64,000 nucleotides of DNA from Octopus vulgaris (lineage: Eukaryota): NCBI GenBank assembly GCA_951406725.2, contig OX597819.1:11408001-11472000 (forward strand). The letters are read 5' to 3'. The notes under the pieces are model-generated. The model was not told the origin of the DNA, did not search any database, and saw nothing but the letters and a program-made list of their open reading frames with translations. Position 1 is the first letter of the stretch. Each line of letters opens with the position of its first letter. Made by a program: the position numbers and the translations under genes. Below, one piece after another: positions 14,980 to 28,310 of this stretch.

Positions 14980-15291
14980 CTTTACTCTTTTACTTGTTTC
15001 AGTCATTTGACTGCGGCCATGCTGGAGCACCGCGTTTAGTCGAGCAAATCGACCCCAGGACTTATTCTTTGTAAGCCCAGTACTTGTTCTATCGGTCTGT
15101 TTTGCCGAACCTCTAAGTTATATACATATATACGACGAGCTTCTTTCAGTCTACCAAATCCACTCAGAAGGCTTTTGTTGGCTCGAGGCTATAGTAGAAG
15201 ACACTTGCCCAAAGTGCCACGTAGTGGGACTGAACCCGGAACCATGTGGTTGGTAAGCAAGCTACTTAGCACACAGCCACTCCTGCGCCTA
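14980..15291 (-). mobile_element. tRNA-derived SINE family C (internally deleted)
   Basis: Head GGCGCAGGAGTGGCTGTG.., GGGTTCAGTCCC, TTGGGCAAGTGTCTT, tail GAAACAAGTAAAAGAG. Many copies in the window. Confidence 0.9.
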
Positions 15292-15385
15292 TATACATAA
15301 TTTGCCGCTATCGGTCTAGCGACAGATTAGAAAGCGTGTTCGAATGTGGATGAAGAAGCATGTTTCTTCTCCTTCTCTTACATTT

Positions 15386-15468
<83 letters not shown>

Positions 15469-15470
<2 letters not shown>

Positions 15471-15756
15471 AGGCGCAATGACCCAGTGGTTAGGGCAGCG
15501 AACTCGCGGTCTTAGGATCGCGGTTTCGATTCCCAGACCGGGCGTTGTGTGTGTTTATTGAGCGAAAACACCTAAAAGCTCCACGAGGCTCCGGCAGGGG
15601 GTGGTGATCCCTGCTGTACTCTTTCACCACTCTTTCTTCTGTTGGCCTGCTCGCTTAGCCAGCGGGGTGGCGTTATTCGAAGGCTAAAACAATGCGAACG
15701 CATTGTGTCCAGCGATGTGTAACAACATCTGATGGTCTGGTCGGTCATGTGATCAT

Positions 15757-15760
<4 letters not shown>
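15469..15760 (+). mobile_element. tRNA-derived SINE family B with tail type B2
   Basis: A-box-like TGACCCAGTGG, B-box GGTTTCGATTCCC, tail ...GGTCGGTCATGTGATCATGTGA. Confidence 0.9.
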
Positions 15761-15812
<52 letters not shown>

Positions 15813-16217
15813 TACTTGTATATATGTATGAAATTCTGGATGGATGGGTGGATGGATTGATGGATGGATTGATGGATGGATGGATATCTGTTTATTTCGG
15901 CGGTGACTATTCTGTTCTTCGATTTCCTACTCATTGAAGTGTATGTGGCCGAATATTCATCCGACATGCTTCGACTTAACATAATTCTGAGGTAGAGTCA
16001 GCGTGCTATACAGTGTGTCTCGGGGTGCACTTTATAATTACTGGTATAATCAATCGAGCAGGCTTCTATACAGTTTCCATCTTACAATTTTTAGGTGAAT
16101 GCAAAGCTGTAGAAAATGACATTTGTCCAAAGTGACACACGGTGGGATCGAACTAAAGTACTCGAGATTACTGAACGAACTGACTCATAGAGCCATATTA
16201 CACCTATATACATACTT

Positions 16218-16248
<31 letters not shown>

Positions 16249-16653
16249 TATATATACATACATACATACATACATATACATACATACATACATATATACA
16301 TACATACATACATATATACATACATACATACACACACACATATATATACATACATACATACATACATACATACATACATTCATACATACATACATACATA
16401 CATACATACACACATACATACATACATACATTCATTCATACATACATACATACATACATACATACATACATACATACATACATACATACATACATACATA
16501 CATACACACACATACATAAAGAGTATACTATCTTGTATAAATTCATTCTTGCCATCCATGATGTTTTGTCTATCTTTTCTCGATATACATACTTATATAC
16601 ATACATATACATAGATACACCTATACGTAGTCATATGAATTTATGTGTGTGTC

Positions 16654-16704
<51 letters not shown>

Positions 16705-17509
16705 GTATTGTATTAAAGCAAATTTGGCCCACAATATCGAGATCGGCGATAACAGCAGTATATATAAAATAAAACCAGAAAGTCAGTGTGTATAAAATCC
16801 AGAACAGCAGATTGCTTCGAGTAAAGTCGGTGAAATGTATTTTTGGAAATATTCTAAAAATCTTCCTAATCAAGAAACGGTCGCACAATACAGACATATA
16901 CGCAGCCTTTATGTACATCCATACAAAGATAGGCAGATATACGCACGCACGCACATAAAACTCCATTTATCTAAGACAAATACACACACACAAACATGCA
17001 AATATGTTGCTGTTTGTCTATTTATATTGGTTACGAATGTGTTTATTTGTAAATGTATAAATGAATATATATATACGTGAGAAGTTATGTATATAACTGT
17101 AAGTATCTTTATGTGTTATCTTTCTTTTTAATTCTTTGAATTCTTTCTCTAAAGAAGGCACTAGTTTCTAACTAAGACACAAAGCTCAATCGCTGGAACT
17201 AAGATAACAAGGGTGAAGAGTTACTGAACTTTTAGCAAAGTTTTGCATGCTTCCATTGTTCCGATTATAGATTGACTTGGCTAAGTACGTGTTACTAAAA
17301 GCCACATTTTCGAGGTTACCACTTAGATATTCAATAGCATAAACAAGTTTACCTTCAAGAAGAAGTGTACATTTATAAATTGGTCGTTCCAAAATTGGTA
17401 GACAGAAATAGCGCCGCTACAGTGAAGCCTTTTCTTGTCGGCAGGACTTAGAAATAATTACGTATACATATATACTTACAAGTACAAACATACATACATA
17501 TGAATGTTT

Positions 17510-17577
<68 letters not shown>

Positions 17578-17599
17578 GTGTGAATATATATAGGTATAT

Positions 17600-18665
17600 A
17601 TTGCTTCGGTTCGTGCTCTTGTTTGATGAGGCTGGGGTCATCCCAGATTAGTGGTCCCAGATTAGTGGTCCCAGAGGAATCATCATGTGTAGAGCCGACC
17701 AGGTCCACCAGTAGTTTCCTATTTCTTTACTGCCCACAAGGGGCTAAACACAGAGGGGACAAACACGGACAGACAAACGGATTAAGTCGATAAGACCGAT
17801 TCCAGTACGCAACTGGCACTTAATTTATCGACCCCGAAAGGATGAAAGGTAAAGTCGACCTCGGCGGAATTTGAACGCAGAACGTAACGGCAGATGACAT
17901 ACCTATTTCTTTATTACCCACAAGGGGCTAAAGACAGAGGGGACAAACAAGGACAGACATAGGTATCAAGTCGATTACATCGACCCCAGTACGTAACTGG
18001 TACTTAATTTATCGACCCCGAAAGGATGAAAGGCAAAGTCGACCTCGGCGGAATTTGAACTCAGAACGTAACGACAGACGAAATACCGCTAGGCATTTCG
18101 CCCGGCGTGCTAACGTTTCTGCCAGCTCGCCGCCTTACTGGTCCACCGGTAGTTTCCATCGCTGGCGGTCCCGTACCAGCCCCTCTGCATCATCCAAGGT
18201 GACGTTGAGCCTCTGGAGATCTTTCCCAATCACGTCCGGCTGCCTGGTGCCTGGCCTGCCACGAGCCCTGTTCCACTCCGCAGCTGCTACGTTGATTTAG
18301 AGTGAAGTCGGGTAAGATGGTCTCACGGGAGACAAAGGACCCACGCATGCGACGGATGGGAGGCTGCGCGTACGCAATTCAATATTGGAAACGTGATGGT
18401 ATCATCTGATAGTCTAGATGATCTTCAGGGTTCTGCTACCGAAGCCGTCGATCCTCTTTGCCAGGATCTTCGAGAGGGACCATTTTTCTTCCGCATACAG
18501 GAGAATGGAGAGGGCTTGATGCGTTCTAGATGCGGAACTTCGTCTTCCAGGACATAGAGCCATATCGCAAAATGGGCTTCCACAGGGAGTAGATGAGGCC
18601 GGCGACCAGATCAATTCTGCGGCTGGTCTCCAAGGTCAGGTCTCCATTATTGGTGGCTGTGGAGC
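17600..18665 (-). mobile_element. Degenerate RTE LINE 3' portion, interrupted by a SINE A dimer
   Basis: Minus-strand LSILLYAEEKWSLSKILAKRIDGF...W..ARGRPGTR..DVI.KDL..LNVTLDDA..LVRDRQRW are RTE motifs. Confidence 0.8.
17720..18135 (-). mobile_element. Dimeric SINE A with 18-bp target-site duplication
   Basis: Two tandem units; GGTCCACC(A/G)GTAGTTTCC at 17702-17719 and 18140-18157. Confidence 0.88.
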
Positions 18666-18741
18666 TCAGATAGTTGAAGGAGCTCTATGTATATATATGT
18701 ACGTATATATATATTTCTATAAGTGTATTTATATGTATATA

Positions 18742-19044
18742 CAGTGGCGGCCAAAATGTTCAGAACGGCATTGTTTTCGTCAGAAAAGTAAGTATAAGTT
18801 TTTATCAAAGTGGTTTTATATTCTATAATTTTCACAGACAATAAATACAATATAAATTGTTATTGTCTGAGATTTTGGTATAATTTGAGAGGATAATACA
18901 AAAGTTATGGATGATTTAGTGATTTACTGCAAAACCCATGGCGGCCAAAATGATCAGAACGGTTGCTTTTACTCCGTGTTTTAGTATATCATATCTACTT
19001 TTCTGACGAAAACAATGTCGTTCTGAACATTTTGGCCGCCACTG
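18742..19044. mobile_element. Tc1/mariner MITE, ~49-bp TIRs, TA target
   Basis: TA|CAGTGGCGGCCAAAATGTTCAGAAC...GTTCTGAACATTTTGGCCGCCACTG|TA; an internal direct copy of the terminal motif sits at 18939-18962. Confidence 0.92.
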
Positions 19045-19185
<141 letters not shown>

Positions 19186-19599
19186 GTGTGTGTGTGTATG
19201 TATATATGTATACACACATGCATATAGGAATCTCATGGCGCGAATTATAAATATGAATAATATGGGTGTGGAGGGGGAAATACTCGAGAGAAGCGTTTCC
19301 CATTCTCTCGACAAATATTATAGGATCTCAAAAATGCAATATTATGAGCTGAAAAATCTGTATTCAGTTGAGATTATCCTAATCATATGTAGACAAAACC
19401 TTCCCCTAAGAATGCGCAAGATCTATAAAATTACATTTTCAAGAAGATCAGCTGGGAGAAAATTTTGGGAGATATGGAAAATGAAGGAACAGAGTAGCTC
19501 TGGTGTTTAGTGTGTATATGTGGGTATATATGTTTATATGCACAGATTAAACAAAGATGAAATCTACCCATTGATGTTAAGAGGTGTATGATATATTTA

Positions 19600-19683
19600 T
19601 TACCACTACAACAACAGTACTAACACTACAACCCTCACTACCACCAATTCCATCATCATCACCACCACAATTAATTTGACTGT

Positions 19684-19722
<39 letters not shown>

Positions 19723-20087
19723 CGCTGCAACCCAGTGCGAAACCTTCACTGCCAGTGCCTCCACTACCACTTCTACTACCATTACCATCGCACCACCACC
19801 ACCACCAAGAACAAAAATAACAACACCCCCTCCCCAATCCCACCACCCACACGACGACGACGACCACCACCACCACTACAACCAGTAGCACTACCACAAC
19901 CACCACCTCCATCACAACCACCATCACTAATACAACCACCACCAACAACAACACTAACAACACCACCACCACCATCAACACCACCATCAACACCATCAAC
20001 GCCACCACCACCAACGACAACACCAATGCAACCACCACCACCAACAACAACAACAACAACACCGCCACCAACACCAACACCACCACC

Positions 20088-20118
<31 letters not shown>

Positions 20119-21270
20119 CGATAAATTCGACTAACACCGTTACGAACGCTAACCACACTAGCCCTACCACAACTACACACACCGATACTATCAGCAACAC
20201 TGCGCAAACACTACCACCATCACTGCATAAATACCTATTTCTTTACTACCCACAAGGGCTAAACATAGAGGGGACAAACAAGGACAGACATAGGTATTAA
20301 GTCTATTACATCGACCCCAGTGCGTAACTGGTACTTAATTTATCGACCCCTAAAGGATGAAAGGCAAAGTCGACCTCGGCGGAATTTGAACTCACAACGT
20401 AACGACAACCGAAATACCTATTTCTTTATTACCCACAAGGGGCTAAACACAGAGGGGACAAACAAGGACAGACATAGATATTAAGTCGATTACATCGACC
20501 CCAGTGCGTAACTGGTACTTAATTTATCGACCCCGAAAGGATGAAAGGCAAAGTCGACCTCGGCGGAATTTGAACTCACAACGTAACGACAGCCGAAATA
20601 CCGCTAAGCATTTCGCCCGGCGTGCTAACGGTTCTGCCAGCTCGCCGCCTTACCAACATCATACAACCACAGTCACAACATCACAACCACCAGCACTCCT
20701 ATAATTAAGTTAACCATCACCACTATTAACCACAACCGGTGCTACCTACCCCGCACCACCTCCCTTACCAACAAAATCCGACCACCAACGCCACTACCAC
20801 CACAATCACCACCACCACCACATCACCATCGCTACTAACACCACCTCCACCACCACCACCATCACCATCGCTACTACCACCACCTCCACCACCACTACCA
20901 TCACCACCACCACCACCACCACCACCACCACCATCACCACCACCACCACCACCACCACCATCGCTATTAACACCACCACCACCCACCACCACCACCACCA
21001 CTACCACCACCACCACCACCACCACCACCACCACCATCACCACCACCACCACCATCACCACCACTCACACCACCTCCACCACCACCACCACCACCACCAC
21101 CACCACTACCACCACCACCACCACCACCACCACCACCACCACCACCACCACCATCACCACCACCACCACCACCATCACCACGCTACTAACACCACCTCCA
21201 CCACCACCACCACTACTACCACAACCACCACTGCCACCACCACCACCACTACCATTATCACTACAATCAC
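19600..21270. repeat. (CAC)n/(CAA)n/(TAC)n low-complexity tract, interrupted by a SINE A dimer
   Basis: Direct reading; the source of the poly-T/P/V/G ORFs. Confidence 0.95.
20230..20650 (-). mobile_element. Dimeric SINE A
   Basis: Two tandem ~184-bp units plus head. Confidence 0.9.
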
Positions 21271-21411
21271 CCTACATGTACTCCCCACCCAACGCCGTCA
21301 CAACCAGACAGAGAGTCTTCAGGACTCACGTGACTTTCCAGGATCCCACAGGTGGCCAGCGGACATCTCACGTGAGTAATGTCGTTTTCTTTGACAGGCG
21401 AACCCGACATT
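21267..21411 (-). CDS. Candidate host-gene exon (possibly terminal)
   Basis: Unique island between microsatellites; acceptor CACCTTTGCAG; frame MSGSPVKENDITHVRCPLATCGILESHV...VG* is phase-compatible with the 27375-27467 exon. An alternative donor CAC|GTGAGT exists near 21329. Confidence 0.35.
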
Positions 21412-21553
21412 CTGCAAAGGTGTGTTGGAATGATGGTGGGGAGGGAGGGAGGTGATGTTAGTTTTCGGCGGGAATTGGGGGGGGGGGTTATAGACAGAAG
21501 GGGGGTGACGGGAGAAGGTGCAGGGGAATGGTGGAAGAGAAGGGTGGTTTTGT

Positions 21554-21789
21554 AGAAGAAGAAGAAGAAGAAGAAGAAGAAGAAGAAGAAGAAGAAGAAG
21601 AAGAAGAAGAAGAAGAAGAAGAAGAAGAACAAGAACAAGAAGAACAAGAACAAGAAGAACAAGAAGAACAAGAAGAAGAAGAAGAAGAAGAAGAAGAAGA
21701 AGAAGAAGAAGAAGAAGAAGAAGAAGAAGAAGAAGAAGAAGAAAAAGAAGAAGAAGAAGAAGAAGAAGAAGAAAAAGAAGAAGAAGAAG
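21554..21789. repeat. (GAA)n microsatellite
   Basis: Direct reading. Confidence 0.97.
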
Positions 21790-21876
21790 GGAACGGTAGT
21801 GGTGGAGGTGGTGGTGATGATGAAACTAACGAAATAACAAAAATCACAAATATGTTAACGACAGTAACAACAGCCG

Positions 21877-22392
21877 CGGAGGCACGATGGCCCAGTGGTT
21901 AGGTCAGCGGACTCGCAGTCGTAAGAACGCGGTTTCGATTCGCAGACCAGGTATTACTCTTCTACTTGTTTCAGTCATTTGACTGCGGCCATGCTAGAGC
22001 ACCGCCTTTAATCGAGCAACTTGACCCCGGGACTTATTCTTTTTTGTAAGCCCAGTACTTATTCTATCGGTCTCTTTTGCCGAACCGCTAAGTAACGGGG
22101 ACATAAACACACCAGCATCGGTTGTCAAGCAATGCTAGGGGGGACAAACGCAGACACACAAACACACACACGAATATATACATATACATATATACGACGG
22201 GCTTCTTTCAGTTTCCGTCTACCAAATCCACTCACAAGGCTTTGGTCGGCCCGAGGCTATAGTAGAAGACACTTGCCCAAGGTGCCACGCAGTGGGACTG
22301 AACCCGGAACCATGTGGTTGGTAAACAAGCTACTTACCACACAGCCACTCCTGTTAGTGTTTATTGAGCAAAAGCACCTAAGCTCCACGAGG
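21877..22392. mobile_element. SINE C (-, about 21955-22352) nested in the head of a SINE B (+)
   Basis: The B head at 21877-21950 resumes at about 22355 (AGTGTTTATTGAGC...AGCTCCACGAGG) after the C copy. Confidence 0.85.
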
Positions 22393-23264
22393 ATATCTAT
22401 CTATCTAGCTGTCTGTCTGTCTGTCTGTCTATCTATCTGTGTGTACGAAGGGCTTCCAGAGTGTCCGACTACAAAATCCACTAAACAACATGCCAGCCGA
22501 TGTTATAGTCGAAGACATTTGCCCACACATTTGCACAGTCAGACAGAAACCCCTACGCAAGTATGGCTGCAAAGCGAACTTTTTGATCGCACAGTCATGC
22601 TTCCGCCTACCCACGCTGTCTGACCTTTATCAATTGTATTTCCTTAAAATCTTGAGGCAAAATAAACAGACGACATCAGAAATGTCACTAATTTATCTTA
22701 TCTAGCAAAACTCATTGTAAGAAATATGCAATGATTTACTTACTCAAATGTTTGGATAGAAAATAATCTGATGTTTATATTTATTAACTCTCAGTTATTT
22801 TACGGATAAAAATGCCTTTCAACATTTTGCAGAGTTGCAGCTATACAATTGCAGCAGATTTGTTTATTAAGCGGAAATACTTAATGATACACGAAGCTCT
22901 GTTAGGGGATGATGTTGGCGAATCCTGCTGTAGACCACAATTTCTATATTATCCTGTTTCTGTTTTCCTGTGTTCTCACACTTGTGTCACGCTGATGAGA
23001 ACTACGTTTTAATACCTGTCTGGATGCTACCACAATTATTATAAGGCTGCTTGATGAATAACTGTTGTCTCTGAATTTAGAATTCAAAGAATATTATGCA
23101 ACCACCAGTACTACTGTTTCCATCGATAGCTATTAACCACAATGTTGTTGTTGGTGATAGTGGTGGTTTCGATAGTATTTTATATCAGTGGTGTCATAGT
23201 ACCACGAACTTAGAACATTCTTCGTTAAAAGAATTTAAAAAGTGGCAAATGCAGAGTATTACTT

Positions 23265-23466
23265 TTTTTTACTCTTTTACTTATTTCAGCCATGTGACTG
23301 TGGCCCATGCTGGAGCACCGCCTTTAGTCGAGCAAATCGACCTCGGGACTTATTCTTTGTAAGCCTTATTCTATCGGTCACTTTTGCCGAACCGCTAACT
23401 TACGGGGACGTAAATACACCAGCATCGGTTGTCAAGCAATGTTGGGGGACAAACACAGACATACAA

Positions 23467-23537
<71 letters not shown>

Positions 23538-23703
23538 TATATATGTATCTTTCAGTTTCCGTCTACCAAATCCATTCACAAGGCTTTGGTCGGCCTGAGG
23601 TTTATAGTAGAAGACACTTGCCCAAGGTGCCATGCAGTGGGACTGAACCCAGAACCATGTGGTTCGTAAGCAAGCTACTTACCACTCAGCCACTCCTGCG
23701 CCT
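23265..23703 (-). mobile_element. SINE C, near full length with internal microsatellite
   Basis: Match to 45708-46160. Confidence 0.9.
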
Positions 23704-24264
23704 ATTGTTGAAAAACATTGTTGAAAAATATTTAGTTTTGCTCAGACATATCAACAGTTACGGCAGAGTAACGTCAACTGCACATAATGTGTACACATGA
23801 AGAGTCGTTAACGCGCCGAGCAAAATGCTTAGCGGCATTTCGTCTGTCTTTATGTTCTGAGTTCAAATTCCGCCGAAGTCGACTTTGCCTTTCATCCTTT
23901 CGAGGCCGATAAGTAGCAGTTGAGCACTGGTGTCGATGTGCTCAACCCGAAAGTTGCTGGCTTCGTGCCAGAATTTGAAACTAATATTTATGCAATGATG
24001 TGAGGAAATTTTCATGTCAGCGCTTTTCGTTGTTCGAAATTTTTCAAGCACAAATGCGTTTGAAAAGCTTATTCAGAAACTTTCTTCCATCTTATCTGTT
24101 TTAACCCGCTTCTTTTAAAGATTTTCCAATATTATTATAAATTATAATTAAAGAAAATCTGTCTTCATTCTAGTCATTCTGTGATTGTGTGTGAAATGAA
24201 GAACTGCATACTGATTACATTATTTACATTTGACGAATATTTGTCCTCATCTTGTTTGTTGTTA

Positions 24265-24312
24265 ACACAACGTTTCGGCTGTTAATACAACCCTCCAGCT
24301 GTCTTCAGGTGT
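24265..24312 (-). ncRNA. Minimal type I hammerhead ribozyme in a PLE-type terminal repeat fragment
   Basis: Minus strand: ACAC CTGAAGA c AGCTG..CAGCC GAAAC GTT GTGT. Stem I ACAC/GTGT, stem II GCTG/CAGC, palindromic AACGTT at stem III. Confidence 0.8.
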
Positions 24313-25011
24313 CATCGGAAAATTTCGAATCTGGGTTCTCATTCTTAAGGTATTTTTCGATGTTGTTGTTGTTGTTATTATTATTATTATTATTATTATC
24401 CAGGTCACTGCCTGGAATCGAACTCGGAATCTTGGGGTTAGTAGCCCGCGCTCTTAACTACTATGCCATATGCCCGTGGGTTAGTAGCCCGCGCTCTTAA
24501 CCCAAAGATTCCAAGTTCGATCCAGACAGTTAGGCTGGAGGTTATATCTGCCGAAACGTTATGTTAACAACAAACAAGATGAGGACAAATATCCGTCAAA
24601 CGTAAATAATGTAAATAACTCCTCATCTCTTAAATATAGAACTTCGTACTGATTATTATAAAGAAAGTCATGGCTGCATTTGTAGACGCAATAACTCTCC
24701 AATGTGTCCAAGCAATCAAGGACAGTTGAGGTCTTGCATTTGTAAGATTTGTATCTGTTGCTCCGCAAGGTGCCATTCTGTTGCGAACACAGCTCATTTT
24801 TAGTTAAGTGAACAGAAGCAGTGTGAAATAACCTGCTTTAACACAAAAAGCATAACGCACTTCCCCATCCGAGAACCGAAACAACGACCTTATGATTGTC
24901 AGTGCAACAACCTATGTACTAGGCCACCCACCTCCACATTTAAGCTGTGGTGGATTAAACCAGATAATTTTTTCTATTTACTTTTGCTGTTATTTGTCGT
25001 AGGATGCTATA

Positions 25012-25258
25012 CATTAATCCCTCGCCATACCGCGGTTCACCTATCGCGGTTCATCTATCGCGGTTCACCTATCGCGGTTTATTATTTAAGCTTTTATCGG
25101 CACCTCCGTGGTGTTGTTTTGCATTTATAATAATATATATATATATATAAATCATCAAAATAATTTTCAAAAAATACAGTACTGTTTCTACTTCGCGGAT
25201 TTTCACTTATCGCGTGGGGTTTTGGAACGTAACACCCGCGATAGGCGAGGGATTACTG
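25012..25258. mobile_element. pogo/Tigger-like MITE with TA target
   Basis: TA|CATTAATCCCTCGCCATACCGCGG...CCGCGATAGGCGAGGGATTACTG|TA; four tandem 15-bp CCTATCGCGGTTCA-like units at the left end. Confidence 0.88.
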
Positions 25259-26059
25259 TAAATATTTTGACTTGGTGTTAAAAGAACTGGTATTTATGTT
25301 GTTTTTTTTTATTTTGGTGTGGTGAATCTTTTTTTGGATGTATTTCTGTTCGACGATGCTTTAGATATGCATCTACTAATACTGTCTGCATGATTCTGTG
25401 ACCACAGGCGAGTAACAGGAGCTGCAAGTTATTGTTTCTTAGAGTTGATGCAGACATTGTTGCTTCAAGAAAATGTTAACTTCTTCAGGTTTATATCTAT
25501 CGTAACTTTAAGCAATCATTCTGAATTTGTTTATGTCATGCCCATTCATGTTATGGGATACTGTAAGCCCATCGTCCTTATAAAGTCCTCCTAGTTCTTT
25601 ATTTCTATGTTGGTACATCCAATTTTTCGTCTCCCTCATACCTGTATTTCTGTATTTCTTAAAGCTTCAGGGAAAAGTGGACAGAGTTATCTTTGTATGA
25701 ATCTTTTTGTAAAACATTTCAGTTCACTAGTCATGAAAATATCTTATTATTTTAGCAGCGAACTGAGTGATCGTTTGAATTTAAGCATGAGTAACATTGA
25801 TTGTCGTTGAATTGATACATGAGTAACATTGATTGTTGTTGAGCAGGCAGAATCGTTTGAACATCGGAGAAAATGCCCTGCAGTATTTATTGCGGTTCTT
25901 TGCGTTCTGAGTTCAAATCCCGCCGAGTTCAACTTTGCCTTTCATTCCTACGGGATCGATATAATTAAATGCCAGTTAATTACTGGGGTCGATGCAAGCA
26001 TCTAAATCTTCACTTCAAAAACGACTGCCCTTGTGCTTAAATTTGAAACCTATATTTTT

Positions 26060-26420
26060 TTAGTACCCGGACAACCAGTATACACAATCAATCCAAAATC
26101 CTTCCAACATTTTTTCAAATGCTAGAGGTACATCTCTTTCTATTTTTCGAAGATAGATTCTAGTACCCTCTTTCAAAATCTTTAAAGCTGCCACCCGTTT
26201 CTCTTCCAAGGCGGATCGTTTCTCTGTTAAGCTTCCTGTTACTTATTATTCTAATCGTTTTCCCTTCGAACTGCGCTCTCTGGAACTCACTACCATCGTC
26301 CTGTATTCTCAGGGTTATAATATTCAATTCTTTAAAGTCTTTCTCAATCAACATCCTTTCAATTTTCTTTCTTTACCCAGGGGCCTCAAGTCATGAACTG
26401 GACAAAATCGTTATAAAACA
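26060..26420 (-). mobile_element. Very decayed CR1/L2-like LINE fragment
   Basis: Weak minus-strand motifs resembling SLERRRERY...WKMLEG. Confidence 0.35.
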
Positions 26421-26771
26421 TAGAGGGGTATTTTGAGTAAGATTTGGCTGATATTTTTAATTGGTTATCGACCAGGTAGAGGCTCCCTCAATAATTTAAG
26501 AATCAGTGGTTGGTGCAGGGATGGCGTAGTAACGAATGGAGCAGAGGTGGATTCTCGGTGGATTCCTGACGGGTCACAACCTTTCAGCTTCTGTCTAAAT
26601 ATTTCTGGCAAATGTTAGAAAAAATAAATCAAATCAAATCGACACTTGGTTAGTGGTAAAAGAATGTGAAGAATAAACACACACACACATACACACACGC
26701 ACACATGCATACGTGCGCGCACTCATATGTACATATACACACACGCGCGCACTCATGTATGTGTTGAAATA

Positions 26772-26809
<38 letters not shown>

Positions 26810-27374
26810 TTTATATATATATATATATACATTCATAAATACACACACATATATATACCCATATATATACATACATTCATAGATATACACACACACATAT
26901 ATACACACATACATATATATATACATATATACATACATATATATGTGTGTGTGTGAGTATATGTATATATATGTGTGTATATGTATATATATGTGTGTAT
27001 GTGTATATACAATATGTAATACCATTCACACACCGATGTTGGCGCACGTATAGAAACTTACACAATCACACACACACTCACTTACACATCCCCACAAATA
27101 ACAAACATACGCAAACAGACACACACATAGATATATGTAAATGTACTCAAACATATGTACATATATAGAAACATGTATACATAGACACATACAGAGACAT
27201 TCATACATGCACACACGCAAAGTACATATGTGAACATATACATACACTTTCATTCCAATATACATACCTATATAAATATATACCAGCCTCCATACGAACG
27301 TACATGCATACCAGCCGACGGTGTCCATTAAAGCTGACAGCCGTTCTTATGTATACATGCATATAATTAATTAC

Positions 27375-27467
27375 GTATGATATCCCTTAGTTCCCTGCTT
27401 AGGAAGACCCAGACTGACCCCTGAAGCACCTGAAGATGTTGATCTACTCCCGCCTACATCCAAATAT
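27375..27467 (-). CDS. Candidate 93-bp internal exon of an unidentified host gene
   Basis: Long polypyrimidine tract plus CAAG acceptor, donor AC|GTAATT, length a multiple of 3, only one open frame: YLDVGGSRSTSSGASGVSLGLPKQGTKGYHT. Confidence 0.5.
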
Positions 27468-27705
27468 CTTGGTTGGTGGAGGGGAACAAAGATATTGGAT
27501 GGAAGAGAGTAAAGAAAAAAATAAGAGGATATGATGTACCAAAGAGTTGAGTGTAAACTGTAGACAGTCTGATAAAGTGGCAGTAATAGGTGTGTGCATG
27601 TGTGTGTGGGCGGGTGTGTATACTTACATATGTAGTGTGTGTGTGTATACATACAGATACTCACAAAGCATGTACGCACACATATACGTATGTATGCATG
27701 CATAC

Positions 27706-27740
<35 letters not shown>

Positions 27741-27865
27741 GCCGAACTTGCGAAGATGATCCGGTTCTTGACTGAAGATTGAAGGCTTCGAATGTCCCGT
27801 CCGTGTTTTTTGTATCGTCTTCTAAATGTTTCACGTTCTTGTCCCAGTTTGTATTTTTTTACATT

Positions 27866-27927
<62 letters not shown>

Positions 27928-27928
<1 letters not shown>

Positions 27929-28310
27929 TAGCAGCATAGCCCGGCGTTGCCCGGGCCCCTAAGAGTAGGCAACGACTAATCCCGATCTAGTCCTTTCCCT
28001 CTAGGGAACGAAGGCGCATGTGTAGGTTGCAATGTCTTCTCTTCACTCCAATACTTCTGTGTATACGACGTTCGTAGCTGTCCCTTTGGGCGAAAACATG
28101 AAAACATCATAGCGCCTCCCAACGCGTGAACAACCTACGTAGAGTTGACCGTGGGCGAAGCACTGTTCGACTTGTAGCGTTTGGCCTTGGGATTTATTGA
28201 TGGACATTGCGAAGCAGAGTTTAACAGGAAACTGAGAACGCCTGAAGTGGATTGGTAGGTCAGCGCCCGACGGTTGAAGGTGCATTCCTGGTAGGAATTG
28301 GTTCACCAAA
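27928..28310 (-). mobile_element. 3' end of a second Helitron with helicase C-terminal remnant (5' boundary unresolved)
   Basis: Minus-strand hairpin CCCGGGCAACGCCGGG plus CTAG|T; PSGADLP..FRRSQFPVKLCFAMSINKSQGQTL..CFAHGQLYVGCSRVG resembles the RepHel C-terminus at about 13765-14010. Confidence 0.9.

Larger units (their letters stand above)
7741..14984. mobile_element. About 264-bp MITE with ~79-bp imperfect TIRs, split by the Helitron
   Basis: 7741-7819 (TAAAGCCGAACT...CAAACGGACTTTTCTCCTT) is the reverse complement of 14906-14984. Confidence 0.75.
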
